Positions 52,038 through 62,778 are shown, counted from the whole stretch's first letter. The stretch: 63,583 nucleotides of DNA, filler included, from 6 parts of 6 records of this genome joined end to end with filler, not necessarily neighbours in it, one strand, 5' to 3'. Program-made: numbers and translations. The notes: generated from the letters alone by a model not told the origin.

Positions 52038-52220
52038 ATGTAGTTTTAAAGATTATAGTAAAAGTAGGTATAAATTTTAATGTTCATTTAAATACAAATG
52101 GATGATTAAATGTTTAACTCAAAAAAGTGAAATATTATTGTTTGTTTTGAAGGGTTTAAATCTATAAAAGAACAATAAATAAATAATTTGTGATTATTCT
52201 ATTTGTTATATAATAAGCAT

Positions 52221-52247
52221 AAAAAAAGGGTGCAGCCAGCACCCTTT
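52221..52247 (-). terminator. Intrinsic terminator
   Basis: AAAGGGTGC-AGCCA-GCACCCTTT with a T-run on the minus strand. Confidence 0.8.
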
Positions 52248-52266
52248 AAATATAATTAAGGAAGAT

Positions 52267-52593
52267 TTATTTTTTTTCTTCTTTTTCCTCTCCACAACAA
52301 CTTTTTCCAGCCGTTGCACAACTTTTCTTTTGGGCTTCAGAACAACCAGCTGATGGTTCTTCAACAGTTGCAGCTCCGGCAGTTGTTACTTTTTCAGAAC
52401 CACAGGCAGGAGTTGCTTCAGCGGCTTTCTTTTTGTCTTTTTTATCGTCTTCAATTGTAATGCCATCCGTATCGGCTGTTTCAGTTAATACTGTAATTTC
52501 TGAATTTTCTGTAAAAGCTACTTTTGCAGATACATTCGAAACAGAAATTCCATAAACGGCAACTAAAGCGAAAATCAGTAATAATTTTTTCAT
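52267..52593 (-). CDS. Secreted low-complexity Cys-containing small protein (paralog 1)
   Basis: Sec signal peptide; K/E/A-rich; five Cys in the C-terminal half. Confidence 0.8.
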   Translation of the reverse strand: MKKLLLIFALVAVYGISVSNVSAKVAFTENSEITVLTETADTDGITIEDDKKDKKKAAEATPACGSEKVTTAGAATVEEPSAGCSEAQKKSCATAGKSCCGEEKEEKK

Positions 52594-52726
52594 AATGTTT
52601 TGAATTTAAAGATTTGTATTGATTTTTATTTTACTTATGTTCTAAATTGTTAATGTTTTGACTTAAAGACATTTGAAAAATACAAATTTTTACATTACGA
52701 AATTAAATCTTTTGAAAAAAAGACAT

Positions 52727-52753
52727 AAAAAAAGCTGCCTTTTCAGACAGCTT
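52727..52753 (-). terminator. Intrinsic terminator
   Basis: AAGCTG...CAGCTT with a T-run on the minus strand. Confidence 0.65.
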
Positions 52754-52778
52754 CATTATATCATTTCGTAGTGTTCAA

Positions 52779-53081
52779 CTATTTTGAACCTTCACCTTCT
52801 TTCTTGTCACCACAACCGCTGCTTGCTGCTTTTTCACCACAACCTGCCGATTTTGCAGTTGCACAACCCTCTGATTTTGCTGCTTTTGCATCTTTACTTG
52901 CTTTAGCATCTTTTGAGGCTGCTTTTTCTTCTTCACCTTCAGGGGCGATGTTAATATCGTCAGCTGTATCGGCAACTACAGTTACAGTGGTTTCGTCAAC
53001 AACTACATCTGAAGCACTTGCGCTTGAAACTGATACTCCAAAAGCTACAACTAACGCGAAAATAAATAATACTTTTTTCAT
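52779..53081 (-). CDS. Secreted low-complexity Cys-containing small protein (paralog 2)
   Basis: Signal peptide similar to paralog 1; ASKDAK repeat; three xGC units. Confidence 0.8.
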   Translation of the reverse strand: MKKVLFIFALVVAFGVSVSSASASDVVVDETTVTVVADTADDINIAPEGEEEKAASKDAKASKDAKAAKSEGCATAKSAGCGEKAASSGCGDKKEGEGSK

Positions 53082-53276
53082 GATTTTTAATTTTTAAGAG
53101 TTATAAATAATTAATAAATTAAATTCTTATTATAATTTAGATTCAATAATAATAACTATTTAAAATAATTCCAAATAAAATTACGGGTATTTTTGTCTTT
53201 TATTCCGCATGAAAATGTAAGTTGCTTAATGTCAGTACTATAAATAAATGTTAATGATGTGTTAATTGTGCGTGAA

Positions 53277-54464
53277 TTAATTACCTAATCGGCAAACAGA
53301 CTCAGGGGTTATTAATTCTTCAAATTGAGTTTTATTTAAAAAGCCGGATTTAATGGCTGCATTTTTTAACGAAATGTTTTCTGTTTTTGCTAATTCTAGA
53401 ATTTCTGAGGCTTTTTTGTAACCTGTTAAAGGTATAATAGCAGTTATTGTAGCTGTAGAGTTTTCTACATTTTTACGGCAAGTTTCTTCGTTTGCTGTAA
53501 TTCCTGAAACACAATGCTTATTAAAAATACTACAGGCATTATTCAACAATGAAATTGATTCGAGCAAAGCATTTGCAATGAGTGGAAGAAACTGGTTAAG
53601 CTCAAGGTTTCCTGCACTGCAAGCTTGAGCAATTACCTGGTCGTTTCCCATTACCTGCATTGCTGCCTGAGCAACAGCTTCCGGAATGACCGGATTTATT
53701 TTTCCCGGCATAATAGAAGAGCCAGCTTGTTTTTGCGGAAGGTTAATTTCATTCAATCCCGCATCGGGGCCGCTTGAAAGTAAACGTAAATCGTTACTTA
53801 TTTTTAGGAGGTTGGTTGCATGCGCTTTTAATATTCCTGAAACTTCAACAAAAACATCGTTGTTTTGCGTTCCATCGATTAAATTTTCGCTTCTGGCTAA
53901 CCCGATATTTGTATTATCACGTAATTGGTCGGTTACTTTAAAAATGAATTTTTTGGGTGCGCCGAGTCCGGTTCCAATTGCGGTTCCTCCCATATTTATA
54001 ACGCGTAAACGCTCTTCACATTTATATATTCGCCATCGGTCGCGGTTAAAAGCTTCAGCATATGCACTCATTTCGCGCCCCAGCGTTGTGAGAACAGCAT
54101 CTTGTAATTGAGTACGTCCAATTTTAACTACGTGAGCAAATTCTTTTTCCTTATATTGGAAAACTTCCTGTAAATCCAATACACTTTGTTCGAGTTCTCT
54201 TAATATTCGAATGGCGGCAACTTTTAATGCAGTGGGGTAGGTGTCGTTGGTTGACTGGTGTAGGTTTATATCGTCGAGTGGTGAGACGAAATTGTAATCT
54301 CCCGGTTTTAAATTTATTATTTCCAGGGCACGGTTTGCAATTACTTCGTTAACATTCATATTTGTGGATGTGCCTGCTCCTCCCTGAAATGCATCAACAA
54401 TAATATATTCATTTAATAATCCCTGGCTTAATTCAAAACAGGCCTGTTCAATTGCTTCTGCTTT
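53277..54464 (-). CDS. aspA: Aspartate ammonia-lyase, 5'-truncated
   Basis: QSTNDTYPT, GRTQLQDA and GSSIMPGKINP signature. Confidence 0.9.
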   Translation of the reverse strand, partial: KAEAIEQACFELSQGLLNEYIIVDAFQGGAGTSTNMNVNEVIANRALEIINLKPGDYNFVSPLDDINLHQSTNDTYPTALKVAAIRILRELEQSVLDLQEVFQYKEKEFAHVVKIGRTQLQDAVLTTLGREMSAYAEAFNRDRWRIYKCEERLRVINMGGTAIGTGLGAPKKFIFKVTDQLRDNTNIGLARSENLIDGTQNNDVFVEVSGILKAHATNLLKISNDLRLLSSGPDAGLNEINLPQKQAGSSIMPGKINPVIPEAVAQAAMQVMGNDQVIAQACSAGNLELNQFLPLIANALLESISLLNNACSIFNKHCVSGITANEETCRKNVENSTATITAIIPLTGYKKASEILELAKTENISLKNAAIKSGFLNKTQFEELITPESVCRLGN

Positions 54465-54564
54465 NNNNNNNNNNNNNNNNNNNNNNNNNNNNNNNNNNNN
54501 NNNNNNNNTTAATTAATTAANNNNNNNNNNNNNNNNNNNNNNNNNNNNNNNNNNNNNNNNNNNN
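54465..54564. other. Artificial contig linker
   Basis: N44-TTAATTAATTAA-N44. Confidence 0.99.
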
Positions 54565-54593
54565 GGTCAAATGAATTGTTAATGGGCTATTTT
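54565..54593 (+). repeat. 29-bp terminal direct repeat, left copy
   Basis: GGTCAAATGAATTGTTAATGGGCTATTTT, identical to 63555-63583. Confidence 0.95.
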
Positions 54594-54652
54594 TCAGTAG
54601 TTTATTTAGAATTGGTTTAAATAAAAAGATTAGTAAAAATGTGACTTGAGCT

Positions 54653-55966
54653 TTACTTGTTCTTGATTGCATGCATTATAGGTTGCAGGAACCTATCCAA
54701 AACAGATAAATCATTCGTAATTATTTCAGCAGTTCCAGGCATCTTTTGTCTGAACTCAATTGACTTATTGTATGAGGTGATTAATGGCTTCTCAATAGAA
54801 ATATAAGCCCAATAAAAGGAAGAAGAGTTTTCTTGAACAGGGATTTTAGCAATATCATTTACTTTACCTCGAAGATATCCAAATTCCATATAAGGGTAAT
54901 CAGATAATTTTATATTCACTCTTTGACCTGGAGTTACCTTACCAGCTCCACGAGTGTTTAGTTTTACTCTTCCTATTATTTTTCCAGGGTTATCTGGAAT
55001 AATTGTACATACTGTTTCTCCTATCTGTATAGGTTGTTTATGAGACCAAATTCCTGTAAAGCTAACATTACCTTCTTTATTGGCTTTTATTAAATAGTTT
55101 TCTTCCCAAGCTATTATAGAAGCAGCAAGGCTTTGAATGTTTTCTCGGATACTTACTAAAAGCTGATCTTTTTGATTTTTATCACTACTATTATAATCAG
55201 TAATTTGATCATAATAAGTAGTTAATTGGAGTCTTGCTTGAGTTAGTGAAGCTTGTTGATTTTCGAGAGATTGTTTTTTGCTAATTAATGATTGTTTTGA
55301 TTTATCTAATTCTGCTTCAGCAATAACAGTTTTAGAGAATAGAATGCTGTCTTTTATATATTGTGATCTTGTCAGTTCTAAGCTGTTTTTAGCTAAATCT
55401 AATTGTTTATTAAGGCTTTTTATATAGCTTTCTTGCTGCTCAATCTTTTTTAATACATGGTTGGTCTTTTTATTATAATAGTGTTCTAAAATAAATTGTT
55501 CATAGTTATAAAGACTGGATACCAAAAGTGACCATTGATTTTGCATGTTACCCATAGAAAATGTTTCCTCAGGAATATTTATCAATTTAAAGGAGTAAAA
55601 GGAGAGGTGTTGTTCAACCTCATTAAGATATTTCTTAACCTTTTTAATGTCATTATAGTTTGCTGGATTCTTTATGATTGCTATTTCCTGATTTTCAATA
55701 ACCAAATCATTATCTTTTATCAATAAGGTATCTATATATCCATTTACGTTGCTTTTTAATTCTACAGGCGGGTTCTCAGATAAAATCTCAATATCACCTT
55801 GAACAACGTCTGGATAAGCAAAAAATGCACTTCCAATAAAAAGCATTAAAAGAATGATAAAAAAAGTAGTTATACCCCATCTTACTATCCATGAAGGAAT
55901 GTGCCCAAGAATTTCTTGAACTTCTTCAGAACGTAATTCGATATTTATATTCTGGTTTTCTGGCAT
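54653..55966 (-). CDS. HlyD family secretion adaptor
   Basis: ELRSEEVQEIL..P.WIVRWG, one TM segment, coiled coil, YPYMEFG. Confidence 0.92.
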   Translation of the reverse strand: MPENQNINIELRSEEVQEILGHIPSWIVRWGITTFFIILLMLFIGSAFFAYPDVVQGDIEILSENPPVELKSNVNGYIDTLLIKDNDLVIENQEIAIIKNPANYNDIKKVKKYLNEVEQHLSFYSFKLINIPEETFSMGNMQNQWSLLVSSLYNYEQFILEHYYNKKTNHVLKKIEQQESYIKSLNKQLDLAKNSLELTRSQYIKDSILFSKTVIAEAELDKSKQSLISKKQSLENQQASLTQARLQLTTYYDQITDYNSSDKNQKDQLLVSIRENIQSLAASIIAWEENYLIKANKEGNVSFTGIWSHKQPIQIGETVCTIIPDNPGKIIGRVKLNTRGAGKVTPGQRVNIKLSDYPYMEFGYLRGKVNDIAKIPVQENSSSFYWAYISIEKPLITSYNKSIEFRQKMPGTAEIITNDLSVLDRFLQPIMHAIKNK

Positions 55967-55975
55967 TCCAATTTG

Positions 55976-58165
55976 TTAATTTCCCAATTCGAGTTGATTT
56001 TTCACTAACTCAAAATAATATCCCTTTTTATTCACCAATTCATTGTGGGTTCCAAGCTCGACCATTTTTCCTTTGTCTAGAACCATTATTTGATCAGCGT
56101 TTTTTACGGTGCTTAATCTGTGTGCAACAACTACAACTGTTCTGCCTTCGAAAAACTCATCTAAATTCTCCATAATGATTTTCTCATTATTAGCATCCAG
56201 CGCATTTGTGGCTTCATCAAAAAATATAAATTCAGGGTTTTTGTATACGGCACGTGCAATTAAAATACGTTGTCTCTGTCCTTGGCTTATGCCCATGCCT
56301 TCCTGACCAATTTTAGTGTTAAATCCTAACGGCAGACTATCTATAAACTCACGAATGTTTGCCACATCAACAGCATGACTTAATTTTTCTTTATCAACAT
56401 ATTCATCACTTACAGCAATGTTATTGGCAATTGTATCTGAAAATATATATCCGTCTTGCATAACAACACCACATTTCTCTCTCCATAATCTGCTAGCGAT
56501 TGAATCTAAATTTTTATCTCCGATCTTTAGCTCTCCTTCAATAGGTTCGTAAAAGCCCAATAAAAGCTTTACAAGCGTAGTTTTACCACTTCCACTTGCA
56601 CCAACAATAGCCGTTATCTTTTTTTCTGGTATAGTTAAGTTTATATTGTCTAGTACTTTGGGCGAATGTGGCCCTTCATATTGAAACATTATTTTTTCAA
56701 TAGCTATATTCCTTTCTTGAGGCAATTCTGTATTTTTTACTTTATCAGCAGGTTCCTCATCTTCTCTTGCATGAATTTCTCCTAACCTTTCAAGACTGAT
56801 TTTTGCATCTTGCAATTGTTGAACAAAACCTATAAGCTGACTTACCGGACTGTTTAATTGACCTAAAATGTATTGTATAGCTAACATCATACCCAGGGTA
56901 ATTTCCCCATTAATTACAGCGGTTGCAGCAATTACTGTAATAAGAATATTCTTCCCTTCATTAAAAAAAATGCTACCTATCTGTTGGTATTGACTAAGAG
57001 CCAGTCCTTTCATGTTGACTTTAAATAATTTGGCCTGAATTCTTTCCCAATCCCATCTTTTTTGCTTTTCACAATTGTTGAGCTTAATCTCCTGCATTCC
57101 AGTTATTAATTGGAAAAGTGTACTTTGATTATCTGCTGATTCTTGAAAACGCTTATAGTCCAGCTCGCGTCTTCTTTTCATGAAAAGCAATATCCAACTT
57201 ATATAAAGGGTTGACCCAATTATAAATACAATAAAAATCAATAAATTATAGTAAGCGAGTACAATTCCAAAAACGATCATATTGATAAATGAGAAGAGAA
57301 TTGAAAGGGTTTGTGTTGTAAGAAACTGCTCTATCCGACTGTGGTCACCAATCCTTTGCATGATGTCACCAATCATTTTGGTATCAAAAAAACCAATGGG
57401 TAGTTTCATTAGTTTAATAAGGAAATCCGAAATCAAAGAAATATTTATCCTTGTACTAACATGTAGCATGATCCATGATCTTATGAAATTCACAGACATT
57501 TGACTAATAAAAAGTACTAATTGAGCAATTAATACTAAGTAGATAAACCCAATATCCTGATTACCAATACCAACATCAACAATACTTTGGGTTAGGAATG
57601 GAAGAATGAGTTGAAGCATACTTCCTACAATCATGGCTACAACTATCTGATAAAGAAACTTTCTATGTGGGTATAGGTATTTGAACAAATATTTAAACTT
57701 TGTTCTGTTGTCTTTATCATCTTTAAGGTCATAAAAACTAGGGGTTGGTTCAAGTAATAAACAAACTCCTTTATCTTCTCCGTTTTCATTTGTTTTGGCC
57801 CAATGTTTTATAAATTCCGCTTCAGTATAAGTAATATAGCCAGCTCCCGGATCTGCTGTATAAACCTTCCCTTTTTTGATTTTGTAAACCACTATAAAGT
57901 GATTTTCTCTCCAATGTACTATGCATGGAAGGGGATTCTCTTTTTTGAGCTGTTCGAATGATATCTTAGCGCCAATTGTTCTAAAACCAATAGCCTCAGC
58001 AGCATCACTTATTCCAAGCATGCTCACGCCTTCCCTTGTAAGATGGCTTTTTTCTCTTAAATTCTGTAATGTGTATTTTTTCCCATGATAAGCAGCAACC
58101 ATTCGTAAACATGTGGGTCCACAGTCCATCGCATCTGGTTGTCTGTATATCGGAAATTTAATCAT
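55976..58165 (-). CDS. lanT: C39 peptidase-containing ABC transporter (LanT-type)
   Basis: QPDAMDCGPTCL and HW...HF C39 motifs; TMD; GASGSGKT, ISQGQ, FFDEAT. Confidence 0.93.
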   Translation of the reverse strand: MIKFPIYRQPDAMDCGPTCLRMVAAYHGKKYTLQNLREKSHLTREGVSMLGISDAAEAIGFRTIGAKISFEQLKKENPLPCIVHWRENHFIVVYKIKKGKVYTADPGAGYITYTEAEFIKHWAKTNENGEDKGVCLLLEPTPSFYDLKDDKDNRTKFKYLFKYLYPHRKFLYQIVVAMIVGSMLQLILPFLTQSIVDVGIGNQDIGFIYLVLIAQLVLFISQMSVNFIRSWIMLHVSTRINISLISDFLIKLMKLPIGFFDTKMIGDIMQRIGDHSRIEQFLTTQTLSILFSFINMIVFGIVLAYYNLLIFIVFIIGSTLYISWILLFMKRRRELDYKRFQESADNQSTLFQLITGMQEIKLNNCEKQKRWDWERIQAKLFKVNMKGLALSQYQQIGSIFFNEGKNILITVIAATAVINGEITLGMMLAIQYILGQLNSPVSQLIGFVQQLQDAKISLERLGEIHAREDEEPADKVKNTELPQERNIAIEKIMFQYEGPHSPKVLDNINLTIPEKKITAIVGASGSGKTTLVKLLLGFYEPIEGELKIGDKNLDSIASRLWREKCGVVMQDGYIFSDTIANNIAVSDEYVDKEKLSHAVDVANIREFIDSLPLGFNTKIGQEGMGISQGQRQRILIARAVYKNPEFIFFDEATNALDANNEKIIMENLDEFFEGRTVVVVAHRLSTVKNADQIMVLDKGKMVELGTHNELVNKKGYYFELVKNQLELGN

Positions 58166-58223
58166 GTGAATGGATTAGTTTGCAAGAATAGTCAATTTAA
58201 ATAAAAATTCAAAGGTAATTATT

Positions 58224-59105
58224 TTAAGCCTTGCTTTTGCTGTATTTCGCTTTAGCTATTTCTGAAGTATAATACCTTTCCATAAAATCGTAAATAACCA
58301 ATTCGTGTAAACGCTGCTTTGATTTGAATAAACGATTACATAACATATGCAGATAACTACCTAGTGCATTGTTTACTTTGTCATTGCCTTCTTCAGCTAT
58401 TAAAATGGATTTTATTTGATTGATTGCTTCTATTGTGTTATTTGATTTTTCATTTACGATTTGATAAATGAAATTATACTCTTCGGCTCCTTTCATTAAT
58501 TTGTTTATTTTTGGGCGCTCATTTCTGAACTTTTTATCTAATTGGAACTTCAAATTTTTATTCATTCCAAATTCACGACCAAAATTTTCTTTTAAAGTAA
58601 ATAGAAGTTTTTGTTTTTCCTCCACAGAATATTGAAAGTCAGTTAGTAGTTGATTGATGGCGTAAACAGAGAATAACCAACGGTTTGTTTCTGCTTCTTC
58701 ACCATTAATTGAGCCAATTAACTTGGAAATCGAAATACTGTCGTAATGAAAAAGCTCTTCAGCTAAGTCGATTGTCTTTAAACCATAGCGTTCAAGTTCT
58801 CTGTTGTAAGTATCTGCCTGAACTTTTTGTATGTATTGATTATCAAGCCAGGGTTTAACATTCTGAATAAACAAGTTCATTACATCACCTAAAGAATTTT
58901 GATCTTTTAAATAAACCCTAAATCTTAAGTGATACTTTGGATCAGTATATCTTATAAAAAACCACTTTGTGATGAGATCTTTAGCTTTTAATTCTTTTGT
59001 AAGTGGGAGTAAAGCCTGAGATAAAATGCTATCAGCTGTTTTAGGTCCCGTATAAATTTTGAAATAGAGCCACTTGTCTCCCGGTAAAAATTTCCTTTGT
59101 ACCAT
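58224..59105 (-). CDS. lanB: Stand-alone LanB glutamate-elimination domain
   Basis: WLYFKIY, WFFIRY.DP..HLRFR, YNRELERYG, HMLCNR. Confidence 0.9.
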   Translation of the reverse strand: MVQRKFLPGDKWLYFKIYTGPKTADSILSQALLPLTKELKAKDLITKWFFIRYTDPKYHLRFRVYLKDQNSLGDVMNLFIQNVKPWLDNQYIQKVQADTYNRELERYGLKTIDLAEELFHYDSISISKLIGSINGEEAETNRWLFSVYAINQLLTDFQYSVEEKQKLLFTLKENFGREFGMNKNLKFQLDKKFRNERPKINKLMKGAEEYNFIYQIVNEKSNNTIEAINQIKSILIAEEGNDKVNNALGSYLHMLCNRLFKSKQRLHELVIYDFMERYYTSEIAKAKYSKSKA

Positions 59106-59110
59106 GCTTT

Positions 59111-61324
59111 TTATTCTTTGTTTTTGTAAAAAGAAAATACAATTTGATTAGTAAAACTATTTCCCTTTTCATCTTTTATGATTGCCTTTTCAGGTGAATC
59201 TAAGAATTCAATTAGTTGGAAACTTGGTTTTTTACTAACAGCATCAAACAACATTTGAATATATAGTTCACTATTCAAGTCAATATATAATTCATTATCA
59301 CCTTCAGATAACACTACTTTCTCAGGTATAGACCATTCTTCTCTCAACTTTTTTATTGAATCTAGTAATTCTTTACCTTTAAGTTTGAGCATATCTTTAA
59401 TGTCTTCTTTTGAGAAATTCCATTGTGCCCTGGAAAGAATAATATTTTTATATTCAACTCGTGGTAAAAAACCAAATTGGTTGGCCATAAATCCCCAACT
59501 GAAATATACGCCAGGTCTATTGTTTTGTTTGGCCATATCACTTAAAAAGTGGTAAATAGGCAGTGAGTCCATGGAGTAATTATGCGCGTTTGTGAGCATA
59601 GGGATAATTTCCTTGCCTAGTTTTTTTGATTTTAAAACAATTTGCCCTCTTTTGTATGATATGTAAAGGTCATTAATTGGTATTTGATATTCCGGGTCAA
59701 CTGCTGCTTGTGCCAAATATGGAATTTCATACTCCCTTATTACAGGACGAATTATTACGTTTCCAACTCTAGATTGCGGTAAATGAGCTATTTCAGCTAA
59801 TATTTTGTTCTCATTCAATGCTGCTTCTTTAGCTGTAATATCTTTAATATAAGTAGATAATTCTTCGCTTAAATCGCCAAATCTGCCGAGTAGATTTGCT
59901 GCACTTGATCCTGCAACAGAACCAAGGTAAACTTTAGTTGAATCCCCATCTTTGATAATGGTTGCCATTGAAGACATGGTATCGCTCAAATTATTCCAAT
60001 TGGCTTTGAATCCATATTTATCAAAATCTTTCTCTGTAAATTGTATGGTGTAGTTGTTGTTTTTTAATGCTTCTTTATACTTTAAGAACAGGATATTTTG
60101 AAAAGGTGGCATTTTAAAGGTTGTTTCTGCACTACCCCCCGGCAATTGAAGATCATCAACTAAAGGTGTGTCGTCATTTTGCATTCCTGCGTTTGAAGAC
60201 TTGTAGCCTAAGCCTAATTCTGAATCAAATACAAATGATAATGGTACCTCCTCATCTTCAAACCTTTCATAAAAGTCATCTTTAAATTTCTTTAATAAAG
60301 TTTCTGGTACAGTAGGTTGCGATATTTTTGTTAAAATCTCAAAAGCTTCCATTACATTTTCAGAAATTTCTTTTCCTATTGTAGCTGTTTTATAATGAGT
60401 GTATAAATCAGTTTGGTGAAGATATTTTTTCGGAATTTCTTTTTCGGGAATTTTTAAAATTTCAGCTAATTTTAAAAAGTGGTTTTTACCTTTTCCTATT
60501 TGAGCATTATTTATTTCCAAGAATATTGCTTCTATTTGATTTAGAAATGGCAGTTCTTCGTCTACATTATCCAGCAAAGCTATTTTTGATTTTAAAGTGA
60601 CAAAAAATTCTTCACCGGTTACAGTAGGTTCTAATTCACTTACAAGTATCTGGCTTGATACCAGTTCTTCGATAAAACCAAATGCTTCTTCAAATGTAAT
60701 TTCATCATCTTGTAATTCTTTGGCCAGGTCTTCCAGCAAAGCTCCTTTTGACGCCCGGTTCAATACTTTTTGGATATATGGAGAATCCTCAACTGATGCT
60801 ATTCGATGGGTCCTTTTTTCATCCTTACCTTGCACAAATTCCACATATCGAATTTGCCCGCTTAATGTATAGAAACTATTGTTTGGAAAGAATTTTAATT
60901 GTTTAACTATTTTTTCCTTGGTAAGTAAATATTCGATAAGTGCAGAAAGAAAATACATATCCAAGCGCACTCGTTTTTTTTGTGCCTTTAGTTTGTCTGT
61001 GGTGATTTTGGTTTCTTCTCCTAAAGTACCCATTCCCACACCTGCAAACATTCCGAATGGTGTGCATCGGGTTCCGGCACGAGCAATATATTTTAATAGC
61101 GATATTAATACCTTGTCTTTATCCTTGCCCTCTTTCAGTTTACCTGAAATTAGATCCTGACCTTGTTTATATAAATCTGGTGAAGCTACATATAATGCTT
61201 CCTGAAAAGTTTCATCTTTGATAAATGCTTTTATATCTTCCTCTGTTGCTATACTTGTTCCGTTGAAAAGCGGAAAAAGCGGCGAACGGATAATAACATT
61301 ATTAAATAATTTATACTCACCCAT
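59111..61324 (-). CDS. lanB: LanB glutamylation (dehydratase N-terminal) domain
   Basis: R..TRCTPFGMFAG, LGRF, LPRVEY, DNEL motifs. Confidence 0.92.
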   Translation of the reverse strand: MGEYKLFNNVIIRSPLFPLFNGTSIATEEDIKAFIKDETFQEALYVASPDLYKQGQDLISGKLKEGKDKDKVLISLLKYIARAGTRCTPFGMFAGVGMGTLGEETKITTDKLKAQKKRVRLDMYFLSALIEYLLTKEKIVKQLKFFPNNSFYTLSGQIRYVEFVQGKDEKRTHRIASVEDSPYIQKVLNRASKGALLEDLAKELQDDEITFEEAFGFIEELVSSQILVSELEPTVTGEEFFVTLKSKIALLDNVDEELPFLNQIEAIFLEINNAQIGKGKNHFLKLAEILKIPEKEIPKKYLHQTDLYTHYKTATIGKEISENVMEAFEILTKISQPTVPETLLKKFKDDFYERFEDEEVPLSFVFDSELGLGYKSSNAGMQNDDTPLVDDLQLPGGSAETTFKMPPFQNILFLKYKEALKNNNYTIQFTEKDFDKYGFKANWNNLSDTMSSMATIIKDGDSTKVYLGSVAGSSAANLLGRFGDLSEELSTYIKDITAKEAALNENKILAEIAHLPQSRVGNVIIRPVIREYEIPYLAQAAVDPEYQIPINDLYISYKRGQIVLKSKKLGKEIIPMLTNAHNYSMDSLPIYHFLSDMAKQNNRPGVYFSWGFMANQFGFLPRVEYKNIILSRAQWNFSKEDIKDMLKLKGKELLDSIKKLREEWSIPEKVVLSEGDNELYIDLNSELYIQMLFDAVSKKPSFQLIEFLDSPEKAIIKDEKGNSFTNQIVFSFYKNKE

Positions 61325-61361
61325 TATATTTTATTTATCCAGTCAATTATAGTATTATGTT

Positions 61362-62558
61362 TTAACTAATTAAAAAACAGCTGTCCCATTTGGGCTCGTG
61401 TTCTGAAATGGCAGCCATTAGAGCCAAACCGACACCCGCAATGCCTTCGAGAAGTCCAGTTTCGTTAACCCAACCACCGTTTTTTTCTCCTTTAAATGTT
61501 TTGAATCCGGCATTCTCCTTTGTATTTTGGGCTAGTGCTAAAGTTTCTTCAAACCAGTATAGTGAAGCTTCTTTAAACTCCTCTATTCCAGTATGCAGGT
61601 ATGCTCTGTGAAAAAGGTGCCCATTTCCAGATGCCCCATGACAAAACATGGCGTCATGAACTTGATTTTCATGCATTCCTCTACGCTTTGCTGTATGTCT
61701 TAAGATGTCTATTGAGAATTTTTCAAGCACTTTGTCTTTGATATTAATTGCAGTTACATATAAAGCTAAGCCCATTCCTAAATCTCCATAACACCATGCT
61801 ACTTTACTATCTTTAAGGTATTTATTTGATAAATCGACAGGTACATAACTTGGAAATTTTGAATTTCTCGATTCTTCATTCTTAAAACTAACCATAAATT
61901 GTATGCATCCATCAATTAGATTTTTGCATTTTTCCTGACGTATTCCTTTGGCAAAAATCTTCCCAAGAATGGCTATAATACTAGTCATTCCATGAGATAA
62001 GGAGAAGTTGAAAACATCTTTAGGGTTTTCCATATCTACGGTTGATTTCCAGCGAATTCCTCTTTCATCTTTTATAGCTATTTCATCTAATTTATCTACT
62101 ACCTGTTCAAATACTTCTTTCTTTTGAGGGAATTTTTTATATTCCAGTAAGTAAAAAGTAATACCCAGTGCCCCATGTAAATAATCGAATTGTCCTAACT
62201 TTAATAGCTGAAATATTTTCTCTATAAGTGTTTTGTGAAAGCTTTCCAAGTCACCTTCATCCATTTCAATAAAATCGTTTTCTATTAAATGGTTTATTAC
62301 CCAAAGTGTACCAGTATTTCCTCCTGCCAAGCTAAAATGTGGTATATTGAGATTATCAAGGTCTTGACTAATTAATTCTCCACCTATTTTCAAGGCATCT
62401 TCATTTTGGAATTCCATGGCATAGTAAAACATAAACATTGCTTTTCCACTATTGCCACTCATAAGAGTGCTATGGTTGCTTTGTGAACTCTTTAAAATAT
62501 CGAAAATCACATGAATTTTATCTTCAAATTTTGCCTTTGATTTAGTGTTAATAATCAT
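61362..62558 (-). CDS. lanC: Lanthionine cyclase LanC
   Basis: SHG, WCYGD and CHG zinc-ligand/catalytic motifs; GLLEG.AG; WD. Confidence 0.93.
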   Translation of the reverse strand: MIINTKSKAKFEDKIHVIFDILKSSQSNHSTLMSGNSGKAMFMFYYAMEFQNEDALKIGGELISQDLDNLNIPHFSLAGGNTGTLWVINHLIENDFIEMDEGDLESFHKTLIEKIFQLLKLGQFDYLHGALGITFYLLEYKKFPQKKEVFEQVVDKLDEIAIKDERGIRWKSTVDMENPKDVFNFSLSHGMTSIIAILGKIFAKGIRQEKCKNLIDGCIQFMVSFKNEESRNSKFPSYVPVDLSNKYLKDSKVAWCYGDLGMGLALYVTAINIKDKVLEKFSIDILRHTAKRRGMHENQVHDAMFCHGASGNGHLFHRAYLHTGIEEFKEASLYWFEETLALAQNTKENAGFKTFKGEKNGGWVNETGLLEGIAGVGLALMAAISEHEPKWDSCFLIS

Positions 62559-62778
62559 ATTTCTAGTAAATATTTTGAATTAGTTTAATATGTGCTCATG
62601 CAATTTGTTATAGGATGATTAAGGGAGAATTTTATGCTGACAGTATTGTTTTAGATATAATTTATAGATATCCTTAATACTAGTTTATCTTCCAACTCCA
62701 TTACTAACATAAATATTCATTGTACTTTAATGTACTATATATCTTTCACTGTAATAATTTCTTCATAAATTGTAAAGA

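Noticed and set aside
52771-53097. Alternative overlapping ORFs of 108 aa (+) and 66 aa (-)
   Set aside because: Shadows of the signal-peptide-bearing gene at 52779-53081.
10328-54564. Five TTAATTAATTAA motifs within N runs as a biological repeat
   Set aside because: They are identical 100-bp artificial linkers, so no functional link across contigs was inferred.
58224-61324. Split lanB as a frameshift, or as a thiopeptide cluster
   Set aside because: Clean stop and start 5 bp apart at the natural domain boundary; LanC is present and there is no YcaO or pyridine synthase.
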